From Fimbriosthenelais zetlandica (lineage: Eukaryota), in contig OZ365109.1 in the NCBI GenBank assembly GCA_977030845.1, positions 58,528,001 through 58,592,000 on the forward strand: 64,000 nt of DNA. The letters are read 5' to 3'. Shown here piece by piece: positions 63,852-64,000 of the stretch (positions are counted from its first letter, which is position 1; each line of letters opens with the position of its first letter). The position numbers and the translations under genes were made by a program. Under the pieces are notes generated by a model. That model made no database searches, was not told the origin of the DNA, and saw only the letters and a list, made by a program, of their open reading frames with translations.

Positions 63852-63873
63852 GTGCCAGCATGGCTTTTGCTCT
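63852..63873 (+). repeat. 22-bp dispersed repeat, copy B
   Basis: Matches 49217-49238 at 21/22. Confidence 0.6.
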
Positions 63874-64000
63874 ATGTACAATAGAAGGCTTTTGAGATTG
63901 CACCAGTGACCAATAACATCTGTACTGCGCTGATAGGGTACAGCATTGATAAACAATGGATATGTCTATAATTATTAATGATGACCCCGGAAGTAAACTC

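Noticed and set aside
63678-63884. Cys-rich ORF as a metallothionein
   Set aside because: The cysteines come from TG-rich sequence and are interspersed with hydrophobic and aromatic residues, unlike metallothioneins. It is also 31 kb from the MRE cluster.
1-64000. The roughly 130 ORFs of 60-135 aa in the supplied track as genes
   Set aside because: None shows a recognisable domain or consistent exon structure. Many overlap on opposite strands or come from low-complexity tracts, as expected by chance.
1-64000. CRISPR array, rRNA, tRNA, snRNA
   Set aside because: There is no regularly spaced repeat-spacer array, and I found no match to conserved rRNA, U-snRNA or tRNA cloverleaf sequences.

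Overview
This window is AT-rich (about 40% GC by eye), CpG-depleted, animal-like eukaryotic DNA. I cannot support any protein-coding gene, RNA gene, CRISPR array or intact transposon. All listed ORFs are short (162 aa or less) and lack recognisable domains. The window reads as a gene desert or very large intron, punctuated by about 14 short CpG-rich islets carrying clustered transcription-factor-like motifs (NRF1, ETS, NF-Y, RFX X-box, CLEAR/E-box, CRE, YY1, CTCF, MRE). It also holds five perfect nuclear-receptor direct repeats (two DR1, one each of DR2, DR4, DR5) and a dense TGACA(G) cluster. Firm sequence-level structures are a ~330-bp duplication with mosaic identity (43.6 kb and 46.0 kb), several small dispersed or tandem repeats, a decayed fold-back at 4.5 kb, G-quadruplex-capable tracts, and strong excess of the palindromes TACATGTA and TAGGCCTA. 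All counts are manual minima, and all expectations are rough hand estimates assuming ~40% GC and independent bases. Motif functions are inferences. I found no clear novel multi-gene system.
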